Source of the DNA: Anthoceros angustus
Lineage: Eukaryota > Plantae > Anthocerotophyta
Direction: 5' to 3'
DNA length: 64,000 nucleotides
NCBI GenBank assembly: GCA_010909165.1
Contig: MU008185.1
Span: 62,001-126,000 of the forward strand
Shown: positions 51,331 to 63,450 of the stretch, piece after piece
Position numbering within the stretch: the stretch's first letter is position 1
Layout: every line of letters starts with the position of its first letter
Translations under genes and position numbers: made by a program
Notes under the pieces: model-generated
Seen by the model: only the letters and a program-made list of their open reading frames with translations
What the model was told of the DNA's origin: nothing
The model's database searches: none

Positions 51331-52069
51331 TCTCTCTCTCTCTCTCTCTCAACACCAAGCATGCGCAATATAATGATTGGCTCTAAGGCGTTGCTCTAGG
51401 AGGCGTTGCTCTAGGATTTATGAAGTACAATGATGGCCTCTAAGGCATTGTCCTTACATATCCAGCAAGTAGCTACTAATCTCAGGAATTCTTGCAGACC
51501 ACACGTCGCTAAGAATCCGCTCTAGGGAGGTTTTCTTTAGTGGTTGCAGCAAATTCCTCTCCACTAGGAAATTGTATCTTGTAGACCACTTATCACTAAG
51601 AATCCTCTCTAGGGAGCTTTTCTTTAATGGCTGTAGCAACCTCTCTACTAGGAGATGGTATGAACCATGCAATACTAAGCATTCTCTAATACGAGAGTGC
51701 ATGAAGTATGCAATATATGCATCTTCTTAATAGGGCATGTTAGAGGAGAAGGTTGATTAAGCTAACTCCCTTGGTGTGCGTGCTATGGAGACTGATGAGC
51801 ACGCAAGAGACTTTTCAGCAGATGAAGACCTTGGGAGTCAGACAGGACCGCAGCACTACTTATGCCCTTTGAAGTTTGAAGCAGGCCTTGCTATAAGAAG
51901 GCAGCCTTTCATTCGTAAACAGAATCCCCATTACGGAATTATGGCCCTTTGCTCCAACAAACTATCCTTTGGTTGAGTCCGCTTCTTGGTATGTCTGTAG
52001 GAAAAAGGTGACCAGCGTAAGGGTGAAGAGGTGTTGAGGCATCCTTGTGCAGATTACACATGTATCCGC

Positions 52070-52603
52070 TATGCCGTGTGATACTAATCTCTGCACTTGG
52101 GTTTAGTGTTTGATTAGCATTAATTAATCTAATTACTTATCTTTAAGTAAGTAATTAGTGTTAATTAATCTAAGGTGCTTATGTTAATTAAGCATTGATT
52201 AGTGTTAATTAAACATGGTTAGCAATAGCTAAGTGGATAAGCTGAAGTAATATGCTTGGCATATTCCTTGCACATTATAGTGTATTCTTAGAATACAATA
52301 GCTAAGTGGATAAGCTCAAGTAATATGCTTTGGCATATTCCTTGCATATTATAGTGTATTCTTAGGATATTTCGGCATGCGATGCCAATAGGATATCTTA
52401 GGAATATGCCGATGCCAGGGTCTAGTATATATAGACCCTTCCATCGAGGACAAGCTCGGATCATAGCTTGTCCTCTAGATATGCAATGCAAGGCGTTGTG
52501 AGGAGGCCAAAGCTATGACTCAGAGCGATGTGAGGAATTTGCGTGTTGTTCTCGTGGGAGAGTGTGTTTGTGCCACGATGCGAGCTACTCCCTCCTGTTG
52601 TTA
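52070..52603 (+). repeat. LTR-like repeat, 5' part (sequence resumes at 57121-57207)
   Basis: ATGCCGTGTGATACTAATCTCTGCACTTGGG...; TATA-like box and GAGGACAAGCT/AGCTTGTCCTC hairpin; homologous to 57208+, 58521+ and, at its start, 21163+. Confidence 0.7.
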
Positions 52604-53011
52604 CAAGCTATGATCTCGTGTGTGTACACTAGATAGGCGTGCTAGGCTTGGTGTGATGCTAGGCGATGCTAGGCGCTAGGCCGGGCAGCGAGGAGGAAAA
52701 GAGGCGAAGCCCAAGTCCAAGGCCAAGGAGGCGAAGCCCAAGTCCAAGGCCAAGGAGGAGGCAAGAAGCCCAAGTCCAAGGCCAAGGAGAGGAGGCGAAG
52801 AAGCCCAAGTCCAAGGCCAAGGAGAGGAGGCGAAGAAGCCCCTACCAAGGAGAGGAATGAGGCCTCCCAAGGGGGTGGCCTTTTAAGGCCAACCAACCAA
52901 GGAGAAACAAGAGTATTTTACTCTTGGGCCCCAGTTCAAGGGATAAGGGAGAAGTGGATAGATGGGTATGTCATCAGTCCATTTGATTTCACTTTCTGTC
53001 CAAAACTAGCC

Positions 53012-53067
53012 GGGCACCCCATCCAGGTACTGATCCACCCACGGTGCTTAACTTTGGAGTTCTTATG
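53012..53067 (-). repeat. 5S rRNA-derived segment (Cassandra-LTR/SINE3-like), not a 5S gene
   Basis: Minus strand AGAACTCCAAAGTTAAGCACCGTGGGTGGATCAGTACCTGGATGGGGTGCCC resembles the 5S core AGAACTCCGCAGTTAAGCGTGCTTGGGCGAGAGTAGTACTAGGATGGGTGACC. Confidence 0.6.
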
Positions 53068-53229
53068 TCTTTGCTATCCAACTCACCCAGCTCATTTGTA
53101 ATAGCCTGCAGTATTTGTATGCAATTTAGACATGCATAGATACTTAGAGGTTTCACTAATCACGATCTAAGTAAGCGGGGTGTGTTAACCTTGATTAAGG
53201 GTTTTGACCTAGCCACTAACCGCGAGGGC

Positions 53230-56200
53230 ATGCCTGGGCACACTCGATCCGGACGGAGCTACCAACCAGCAAGTCCATCGAAGCAAATTCGAAGTCCCGA
53301 CCAAGAGAGAGAAGTACGAACACCTCGATTTTGGTACCAGCGAAGGACACGGAGGAACCCAACGACACAATCAACAATCTTTGAAGGATCGGTGGCAACA
53401 CACAAGACACGTTAGTGCCGGACAACTCTGAGCGACAGTGAGGAGGACTTGTCTCTTGGAGTCGTCAAGATGGGAGGAGACAAGGATCGAATGGAGTTGT
53501 TCACAGACGAGCGGCACCTTGCCACCGGAGGACTTCATCGAAATGCAGTGCGGTGTGCGGAGATGGAATTGAAGACCGGATACACGAAGCGATACGGCTT
53601 CATCCAAATGCCAAGTACTTGGGGATGAAGCATTGGCGTGCTATCGCGAGCACAAGGCGAGGTTGAGCGGCAGAGGAGGACCGTGAGTAGTTCAAGCTCG
53701 AAGGAACCAGACGGGCAGTGGCACCGAGTGGCACGATCCCATCGAAGAGATGTTTGACATCTTCGGGAGTTTCCTGCAAGCACGGATGAGAAGATCTCGG
53801 TGACACACTTCAAGATGAAGTCGCGAGGCTAAGATGGCTTATCGAAGAATCGACCGGTTGATGCTGACACCAAGATCATGAGTGTGGTGCGAGAAGTACT
53901 TGCGGGCATTGCCATATGCTGCGCATGAAGGTGCAACAAGCGGTGCACGAAGGGGCAACACTACACCCTCAAGGAAGTGTACGAGATGGGCGACAAGATA
54001 GGGCCCGTGACACTTTCTCTCGTCTTTGGTGATTACTCCGACAAGTAGGGTGGTGACGACATGGCCGCGGAGGTCAGTGGAGGAGCTCGGCGAGACAAGC
54101 CAGCCCCACACCCCAAGTGACGAGCCCTGCGTGAGGTGCCGAGGGCGGACCATTCCCTCATGAGTGCGAGCATGCATTCGGAGGAGTCAAGGGTGAGGAG
54201 CCATGCCCTAGGTGTGGGAGGTATGGGCACAATGAAGCGGCATGTTGGGAGAAGCATCCGGGCGGCCTGGTTATCGAGCAACAACCCGGCCAATGCATCG
54301 TCAACCTCATCCACAAAATCGAAGAGCAAAGGCGCGTGGAGGCAGGCGAAGTCCCGTGGACAAAAGAAAGCGGGAAGCATCAAAGAAGGATGGACAGCTA
54401 CGTGGCACGCCTTGCAAAGCTGGAGTTGGTGCGAAGGCGAAGATCAAGGAGAGCAGCGGTTCATCATCGAGGACGAAGAAGATGAGCACAAGCTTGGATA
54501 CATGGCGGCGTGACGGATCCAAGGGCAGGGAAGAAACCTCTGGCGACTACGAGAAGATAGCTCAGAGGAAGAAGAGGATGTCTTGACACGGTCGGAAGAC
54601 ACGGAAGGAAGCTTGGGGATCCTCTTCCGAACCTATGCCAAGATGCCAAAGTCGTTTGAGCCATTGCCAGAGCAACAGCGGGGAGCAACATCAAAGTCCA
54701 GTGGGCGATGTGGAGAAACCCATGCAGATTCTGACGGAGCGATGGCACAAAAGCTTCGGAGATGCCATGTTTCACCTACAAGACATGGGGTTGAGCGTGA
54801 AGGAAGTCGGGGGTTTGACTCGGCGGATGTTGACAACCCTTGAAGACGAAGCAAGTGTCAATGTGCCACCAGGGTAATGATGTCATTGCGACCTCCCAAG
54901 CATCTCGTGGAAGCGGAATCTTTGCAGTGGGAGTGGCTTTGGTCAACAATCGGGAGAGGCACATTGAAATCAATGGATTCGCACCAAGGAGGGTGTTGAT
55001 TGACACCGGAGCACGGTGATCGTTGGAAGAAGAGTGAAGGAAGCGTTGGGTCTCCACCAAGAAAGGTTGAAGGAAACCAAGTGGAAGATCCGGACCGCAT
55101 GTGTTGGTGACCACGAGCATGTGTTGGGGTGACAAGGTACAAGTCAAGGTTTCATTCAAACCAAGAATGCAGACTTCACCTTTGTCGAGGTACACCGCTT
55201 GGTCATGCGGACACATTTGATGTCTTCTTGAGCGGACGCTTTGTACAAACACAGTCATGGTGGATTTGTGGGCGGAGAAGTCTACTATCGACCGTGGAGA
55301 AAATGAGCAAAACCGATGAACGGATTGCCCGCATCCCTCTCGGCATGGCAAGGATCATGAGAACCTCATTGCCAAGCAGCGTCTACCCGGTGTTTGGCGC
55401 CGTAGTGAAGGACACGCCATACGTGCTTGAACCTCTTGGCGTGTGTCTAACAACAACGACGATGGAGGATTTCGGCGAGGAGGAGGAAAACAAGCTAGGG
55501 TTGCAACCACCCTCGGAGGAGGTTCTTCAAGTCACCGGACGGAGCTGGTGCTGCAATGAGCCGTGCAAAAGCTGTGGAGGATGGTGCAAGAGGACCGTGT
55601 CCTATGAGAGGAGCTGCATAAGTTCTTGCCTAGGGTTGAGCCTGTTTGTGACCTAAACACCGGTCATCACATGGCGACCTCGGAAGACGGCATAGTGCTC
55701 GTGGAACTCTTTGGAGGCATCGATCCGGGCGTGCTAAAGTGTGGCATCAAAGTGCGAAGATACGTGCATTGTGACCCGGATCCAAAAGCAAGGATTGTGT
55801 CACGCGAGCGTAAGAGACTTGATGGGGAGTACCTAACCTCGACGTGGGAGTCGGTGAAGGGTTACCGGGCTGCCGATGGATGTTCGCATGATAGGGTTGT
55901 CCCATTTGAGTTGTCTTGGGCAACCGGTGGACCTTGTCATCGCAGTTGGGAGTGTCAAGGACTATCCTCTGCAGTAAGGGTCAAGGTCAAGGATCCACGA
56001 ACAGCATTGTTCTATGACCTGATGAGGATCTTGCGCTTGATCCAGAAAGGGCAAGAAAGGCCTTGTGGATACATGTTGGAGAATGTGCCAGCATGCATGA
56101 GCGTGAAGAAGCAAGTTCAAAAGGACTTTGCCACGATCCGAGGAGTGTTGGGTCAGGAGCTTCTATTGGATGCAGCTCAATTTGGTTCGAGGGCTCATAG

Positions 56201-57060
56201 GTTGAGGTCCATGTGGACTAACCTTGCTCCCTTGGAACATTTGAAGTGTGCGAGGTCGTTCACCAAGCGACCTAATCATGTTGTCAAGGATGTGCTAGCA
56301 TCGGGAAGGCATGCCCAACAAGTCATCAAGACTGACAAGCTGCCGCACTTCCCTGTGAACACGCCTGGACACCCCATGGCGGCTTGGCCAACCTTTGTGT
56401 CCAAGTCCAAGTCTTACACCTTCAGGAACCATGGCCTCGGCGTTGTGGTGGACAGACATGACGAGGCCTTGGGAAAGCCAACAGCCACAGAGAGGGAGTT
56501 GGCCATGGGATTTGCTGCTGGAGCCACGAAGACACCGGGAGTGACCGAGAAGGCGGTGTCGATTGCTTGGGCAAGCATTTGACATGAACATGATGACTGG
56601 TTGTTTAGAGGGTAAACAACCAACCAAGAAGGCGGGGTTGAAGCGGCGGGTTCGGTGGGTGAAGGACATTCAGCACTCGCATCTCAGGAGAAGGCGAGTT
56701 TGGAGGGCAAGGAGAGTGAGCACGTGAGGGGCGTGCAAGCCATCGAGCCACCACATGAGTGGTTAGGCGTCGAGTTGAAGAGCAATCAAGCGTCGGCTAA
56801 AGGAGTTGTTGGAGGCATCGCGACATGTGTTTGCTTTCACGCTTGCGGAGATGGGGAAGTACACCAAAGGGAAGTTCCACATAGAACTAATCAAGAATGA
56901 ACCAGTGTTCGAGGGAGGCTCGGGAAGGCAAGAAGAAAATGGCGAGCAGGGTGGGGAGAGTAGTCCACATGACAGGATGAGGATCGACAAGCCTCCACTC
57001 ATGGACAAGGTTCATAACCTCCGACGACATTCCAGAAGATTGGTTTTGTGCTACAAGTAG
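53230..57060 (+). mobile_element. Ty3/Gypsy-like retrotransposon internal region: gag, zinc knuckle, protease, DNA methyltransferase, pre-RT linker; RT/RNaseH/INT absent
   Basis: MPGHTRSGRSY start, EKYLRALP/TLKEVYEM gag motifs, CPRCGRYGHNEAAC (~54204-54245), protease VLIDTGA (~54995-55016), LLEASRHVFAFTLAEMGKYTKGKFHIEL..EPVF (56806-56910); heavily frameshifted. Confidence 0.75.
55626..56610 (+). CDS. C5 cytosine DNA methyltransferase domain (retrotransposon-borne, degenerate as read)
   Basis: Motif I LVELFGGI, motif IV PVDLVIA(G)WECQGLS (needs a 1-nt correction at ~55945), V DPRTALFYDL, VI YMLENV, VII LDAAQFG, VIII AHRLRSMWTNL, IX ERELAMGF, X LGQAFDMN (other frame, ~56567). Confidence 0.88.
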
Positions 57061-57207
57061 GTGCGTGTGTGTAGTCTACTAATGATAATGTTTTGACTTA
57101 GAGTCTCACATTATCGGGGATTGGTTGCACCTATATCCGTGTATTGTTTGCTTGGTTGTTGGTCGAGGAAGTGCTTATGAATTCAAGTGCTTACCTCGTG
57201 CGGCACA

Positions 57208-59900
57208 TCATGCCGTGTGATACTAATCTCTGCACTTGGGTTTAGTGTTTGATTAGCATTAATTAATCTAATTACTTATCTTTAAGTAAGTAATTAGTGT
57301 TAATTAATCTAAGGTGCTTATGTTAATTAAGCATTGATTAGTGTTAATTAAACATGGTTAGCAATAGCTAAGTGGATAAGCTCAAGTAATATGCTTTGGC
57401 ATATTCCTTGCATATTATAGTGTATTCTTAGGATATTTCCGGCATATGCTGATGCCAATAGGATATCTTAGGAATATGATGCAGGGTCTAGTATTTATAG
57501 ACCCTTCCATTGAGGACAAGCTCGGATCATGGCTTGTCCTCTAGATATCTCAATGCAAGGGTGTTGTGAGGAGGCCAAAGCTATGACTCAGGAGTGATGT
57601 GTGAGGAATTTGCGTGTTGTTCTCGTGGGAGGTGTGTTTGTGCCGATGAGCTACTCCCTCCCTGTTATTGGTTGCACCTATATATCGCTATCGTATTTGT
57701 TTGCTTGGTTGTTTGGAAATGCTCATATGAATTCAAGTGCTTACCTCGTGCGACACATCCAGTCTCACCTGGATGGACCCTCTTGGTAGTCACAACATCA
57801 AGAGGTTCTGTCTCAACACGCTTGAAGTTGGGGAGCGGGCGGCCCCAGACATGCGGTGCAACGCGGCACTACGTATGCACTTTGAAGTTTGAAGCAGGCC
57901 TTGCTATAAGAAGGCGGCCTTTTGTTCAGTAAGAAGGCCCATTCGCATTTTAACTATGGCCCTTTGCTCGACAAGCTATCCTTTGGTTGAATCCGCTTCT
58001 TGGTATGTCTATAAGAAAAGGTGACCGCGTAAGGGTAAAGAGGTGTTGAGGCATCCCATCGAGTTAAAGGTGTGCGTCTCGAGTGAAGAGGTGTTGAGGC
58101 ATCCTGCAACACCTGGTAGGACCTCTGGTAGTCACAACTCCAACAAGCTATCCTTTGGTTGAGTTCGCTTCTTGGTATGTCGTAAGAAAAGGTGACCGCG
58201 TGGGTGAAGAGAGTGAGGCATCCTTGCGGAGTTAAAGGAGTCTAGCGTCACGAGTGGAGAGGTGTTGAGGCATCCGCAGACCTCATGGACCCTCTTGGTA
58301 GTCACAACATTATTGGATGGACCCTCTTGGTAGTCACAACATCAAGAGGTTCTCTCAACGCTTGAAGTTGGGGGACGGATATGGGGTCTATATGGTGCAT
58401 ACGTTGCAACCTTGCGGTAGTGGATTACCACCAAGCTGTGACACAAAGCCAGAACACTGCGTAAGAATGGCATCACATAGGCCCTCAAGCTTGAGGCGGC
58501 TGGTGGAATCCTTGACGAATGATAGTAATCTCTGCACTTGGGTTTAGTGTTTGATTAGCATTAATTAATCTAATTACTTATCTTTAAGTAAGTAATTAGT
58601 GTTAATTAATCTAAGGTGCTTATATTAAAAGCATTGATTAGTGTTAATTAAACATGGTTAGCAATAGCTAAGTGGATAAGCTCAAGTAATATGCTTGGCA
58701 TATTCCTTGCACATTATAGTGTATTCTTAGGATATTTCGGCATACGTCACGCCAATAGGATATCTTAGGAATATGCCGTGGTCTAGTATTTATAGACCCT
58801 TCCATTGAGGACAAGCTCGGATCATAGCTTGTCCTCTAGATACGCAATGCAAGGGTGTTGTGAGGAGGCCAAAGCTATGACTCAGAGTGATGTGTGAGGA
58901 ATTTGCGTGTTGTTCTCGTGGGGAGGTGTGTTTGTGCCACATGGCGCGAGCTACTCCCTCCTGTTGTTATTGGTTGCACCTATATATCTGCGTATCAGAT
59001 TTGTTTGCTTGGTTGTTGGTCGAGGAAATGCTCATATGAATTCAAGTGCTTACCTCGTGCGACACATCCGTGCAGCACCTCGCTGGATGGACCCTCTTGG
59101 TAGTCACAACATCAAGAGGTTCTGTCTCAACACGCTTGAAGTTGGGGGACAGCGATAGCGCTGGTCTGTACGGTGCAACCGCAGCACTACGTATGCACTT
59201 TGAAGTTTGAAGCAGGCCTTGCTATAAGAAGGCGGCCTTTTGTTCGTAAACGGAAGGCCCATTCCCGTACGGAACTATGGCCCTTTGCTCCGACAAGCTA
59301 TCCTTTGGTTGAATCCGCTTCTTGGTATGTCTATAAGAAAAAGGTGACCGGCGTAAGGGTAAAGAGGTGTTGAGGCATCCTTACATCGAGTTAAAGGTGT
59401 CTGGCGTACGAGTGAAGAGGTGTTGAGGCATCCCTGCAACACTTCGCTGGTAGGACCCTCTTGGTAGTCACAACTCCAACAAGCTATCCTTTGGTTGAGT
59501 TCGCTTCTTGGTATGTCTGTAAGAAAAAGGTGACCGGCGTAAGGGTGAAGAGGTATTGAGGCATCCTTGCAGCGAGTTAAAGGAGTCTAGCGTACGAGTG
59601 GAGAGGTGTTGAGGCATCCGTGCAGCACCTCGCTGTATGGACCCTCTTGGTAGTCACAACATTCGCTGGATGGACCCTCTTGGTAGTCACAACATCAAGA
59701 GGTTCTGTCTCAACACGCTTGAAGTTGGGGGACGGATATAGCGCTGGTCTATATGGTGCATACGTGCAACCCTTGCAGGTAGTGGATTACCACCAAGCTG
59801 TGACACAAAGCCAGAACACTGCGTAAGAATGGCATCACATAGGCCCTCAAGCTTCAGGCAGGCAAACTGGCTGGTGGAATCCTTTGACGAATGATAGTAA
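57208..59900 (+). repeat. Two tandem ~1.3-1.4-kb units (LTR-like repeat plus modular tail)
   Basis: 57208-58520 and 58521-59900; internal modules GAGGTGTTGAGGCATCC and GGACCCTCTTGGTAGTCACAAC; tail also present at ~51850-52045. Confidence 0.88.
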
Positions 59901-60279
59901 GAAAGAGCTCATACATATGCTGCCCGTGTGTATGTGGTCCATACTAACAGCACCCTATATGTTATTACACATATGCATAGGTATATCTAACAGGCAGGCA
60001 ATTAATCTTAATTCTTTTGAATTATAAATATTATTTTATATTATTTGTAATTTATGTACTATCAACTCAAATTAAAATAGCTTTATAGATTATGTGCACT
60101 TAATAGGATAGTAACGTCAGAAGCACCAGAAATGTGGGATGGCCTACAACGATTAGGGCCGGCATTGCAGTTCACAAAAGCTTGACCTATGTATACCGCT
60201 TATCGAGCAAGAGACAAGGAGTTGATTTGGGCCGCGGCCCGCTACCGGAGCCGGCCCGAAGCGGGCTGGGGACGGGTCA

Positions 60280-60627
60280 CCGTACCTCGAAGGGTGGTTC
60301 AACAGGATAATGCCAAAATAATTATTTTTTGAAAAAAACAAGGTTCAATATAAATATTTATATTTTTCAAAATTTCAACATTTACAAAAAATAATTTTAT
60401 CAAATTTCAATATTTATTAAAATATATAGGTATATATAAAACTAATGGATATGTATAGATCTCCCCTAAATAGGCCCTAATTTTCCACACAAACCCTAGT
60501 TTCCTTATTTTCGGCATCATAAACTCATAAATTTTTACCTATTTAATATTTTAAGTATAATAATTTCTGGATTTTTAACTTTTACTAATTTTAATTAATT
60601 AACGCCGAATCACCCCTTGGGGTACGG
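60280..60627. mobile_element. MITE, Tc1/mariner(pogo)-like termini
   Basis: TIR CCGTACCTCGAAGGGTGGTTC / GAATCACCCCTTGGGGTACGG followed by TA (left flank CA); AT-rich interior; second copy at 28455. Confidence 0.7.
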
Positions 60628-61210
60628 TATTCAAAAGGAAGAAAAAGCTTCTAAATCAACCAATGGTGGAAGCGAAAACGAAATGCCGAGGGATAAAACC
60701 TACATGAGTACAGAGGTAAAATGAGAAGAATAAGACGGCCTATGGGTTCCGACAGATTGCGGCCAATCTCAATACTATCGCGGCGCCGCCTCTGTGCGCC
60801 GAGCGTGGAACTCATCACCACCTCGTAAGAGCGTTGAGAGCATAGCATGTTACAAAGGTGCGGTTGAAGGCGCAGCTTGCCGCCTCACTGGGGAGGGAAT
60901 AATCCAAGCTATGTGCAAAGAGGATAAGACATGATTGCTTAAGGAGACTACATGGTGCTCGAGACCAAGCCACAATGCAAGTCCAACGAGGTCTGAAGAG
61001 AAATTTATAATTACATCTCATGAATCCGGACGCTACCTGATTGCAAAAATGTTTCAAAAATTTGACTTCGGGTTGGAATTTAGATTTCGAACCTGAAGGA
61101 TGCCACAACGATGTGTAACCTGATTTGGATAGAAGGCGATGCAGCGGACACAACTTTCCGTCTGCCAAGAAGCACTAAACACCTTCAGGAACCCGGAAAT
61201 TGGTCGACAG

Positions 61211-63450
61211 TCACGAACTGCCGAAGTTTAGTCTTCTCGAGGCTTCTTCCCGATTGTACTTTTTCCTCAGTGTCTGCGCTTCTTTCTTGTGATCTTTAAA
61301 TAAATCTAACAAGTCATTTGCAAGTCTGAAATCCTTCATCTGTGGTAGAACCCATCGTAACGATGGGTGTTGCTGAGATGCGCTAGCACCAGTCGCTGGT
61401 TCCTGAAAAGAACATACGAGGGTCAGATGAGCTGTCTAGAAACTGAGTTTGCACCTGTGACGCAAACCCGGCGATGCCCATGAAAGTCAAAATCTTAGGG
61501 CCGAGAAAAATCTCATGACCGTATCTTACAATGTTTTCCAGTGCTTGTCCCTTCACACAGTTCCCCCTTGCAGTGTACGCTATCAATTCTCTTTCCTCAG
61601 GCGTATCTCTTGCCAAGCTAACCAACCATGGCCTGCCAAGATACAGGAAGCACAAAACCAACCGCAAAGATTACAAGTTAACCACAAGCACTACAAACGA
61701 ACCACGGCCACTACACAATTCATTAGACTTGTGGATGCGCACTGAGTCCAGGGATTGATACCTTTGTTGGCTGGAGGTAACAAGACAATCACCACTCAAC
61801 AAAGCAAGAGCGAGTGCTGCAGAAGTTGAGTCTTTGAAAACAGCAAACCCAAACGTGCCTGGCTCAGTTTCTCCACCACTGGGCGACAAGATGACAGTGA
61901 TCAGCTCCTGAACCATGGAGCTTAGAAATTTCCTTGCCTCACGCGGATCCAATGCTTTCTCCACATTTTCAATCCGAAGCACGCTATTAATGGGCCACAC
62001 ACCAGAGCAGATACTTTCTTCAGTAGCAACTTCCTCTTTCACTTGTGATCCATCGCATACAGGCTGGGGTTGTGAGCAGCCACTTTCAGGTTTCGTACTT
62101 GATATTTTCACCCGCGGACTTCTCTGTGTACGACTCTCCTCATCCTCATCATCCGAAATCAACACAACATCCTCTTTGGCAACAACTTCAGGCTCAGGCA
62201 CCAGTCCCATGGGCGTAGAACAACCCTTAAACACTGGCGTGTCTGCGGGAACCCCTGCCACCTCTAATAGTCTTACTTGCAAATGTTCTGGTTCTTCAGC
62301 TGGCAACTCTGCTGAAAAATCTGTGTCCACTGTTAGTAACTAGTGTGGGACGGAGAGTATTTGAAGCTAGATACAATGTTCTCAGGTGAAGACTTACCAC
62401 GTGGTGGTGTGTTGAAAACCAGAGATCGCCCTTCCATACCACTGGACTTGCTATGTCGTAAGGCTCCTCCAGAGCCTTGAGCACCTTCATCACCCATTGA
62501 CACTCTCCAAGTGCTTGGTGTCTTAGCCTCAGGCTCATTAGCTGGAGATACTTTCATCTTCTTCAGCACTGGGCGCTTGCCTTTAGAAGCAGTGTCACTT
62601 CCACTCTGGCAATCTGGTGAGCCAGCACAAACGTCATCACAAACCTCATTGATTGTTGAATTGATCTCCTTTTCTGTCATCTGTGCCGCTGGAGTGGTTT
62701 GCCATGCATTGTTTTCCTTACCCCCCTGGCCCTCCAGCTGAGCTCCTGATGCAGGTTCATCTGCTTTCGGAGATGCAGCTTTGTCCAAGCGTTTGTCAGC
62801 CCTGCGATTATTGACTCTTCTTTTCCCACCAGTGCTCACGCTCCTGCTTTTCGGAGCGGTGCCTCGATTAGCAACTAACTTCAAAAACGCGTCCAGGTGA
62901 GGGTGATCTTCTGCATTTCTGTCGGACAGCACGGTAATGGCTGCACAATCCACAACCTCCTCCTCCCCTTTCATGGGGCCCCCAACCCACTTGAGTGTGA
63001 ACTTACATTGACATTCTTCATTTTCAGCGCCTATCCGCAGATGCTCATGCTTGACGATCTGTGCAATATCAGACATGAGTCTGCCAGCAAAGCAGCCAAC
63101 ACCCAAGACAGCAAACTAAAACCAGGGTAACTGATTACCTTCCGAACTTCAGCATCGAAGTACTTCTTCTCATCATCATCAAGCTCCTTCAAAGCACAGA
63201 CACGTAATCCCACACTGAGGTCACCACAACGTGCATCCTGGAGCTGTTCCGAAGTAATGCGCACCTTATTGCACACATCTGCACGACTTGTGAATTTACT
63301 CAAGTCCCACTTCTCATCCTCTTCGGATTCATAGTCTGTAAAATGAACGTGCACTTTGGTCCTCCCAAACTTGAGACTGCAGGGGTACCATGCGTCGTCG
63401 TGAGACTTGGCCTCAATTGTTATCTCCTCCCCAGGCTCTCCATCAGCCAT
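61211..63450 (-). CDS. SAWADEE-domain protein with C-terminal ASI1-like RRM, 4 exons
   Basis: EAKSHDDAWY...VRITSEQLQDARC..VGLRVCA..KYFDAEV|..H..ECQCKFTLKW (SAWADEE); LRIENVEKALDP...GFAVFKD...GDCLVTSSQQ|RPWLVS (RRM-like); introns 63059-63138, 61633-61761, ~61456-61529; frameshifts near 62335 and in the last exon. Confidence 0.8.

Noticed and set aside
52666-52860. SR-protein-like RRRSPSPRP ORF
   Set aside because: It is the translation of a short AAGCCCAAGTCCAAGGCCAAGGAG tandem repeat in a TE leader.
53012-53067. Functional 5S rRNA gene
   Set aside because: Only the diverged central ~55 nt match; the 5' and 3' stems are missing.
55626-56582. Bacterial restriction-modification methylase or contamination
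   Set aside because: It is flanked in order by retrotransposon gag, protease and pre-RT linker plus plant-type repeats, with no endonuclease or operon.
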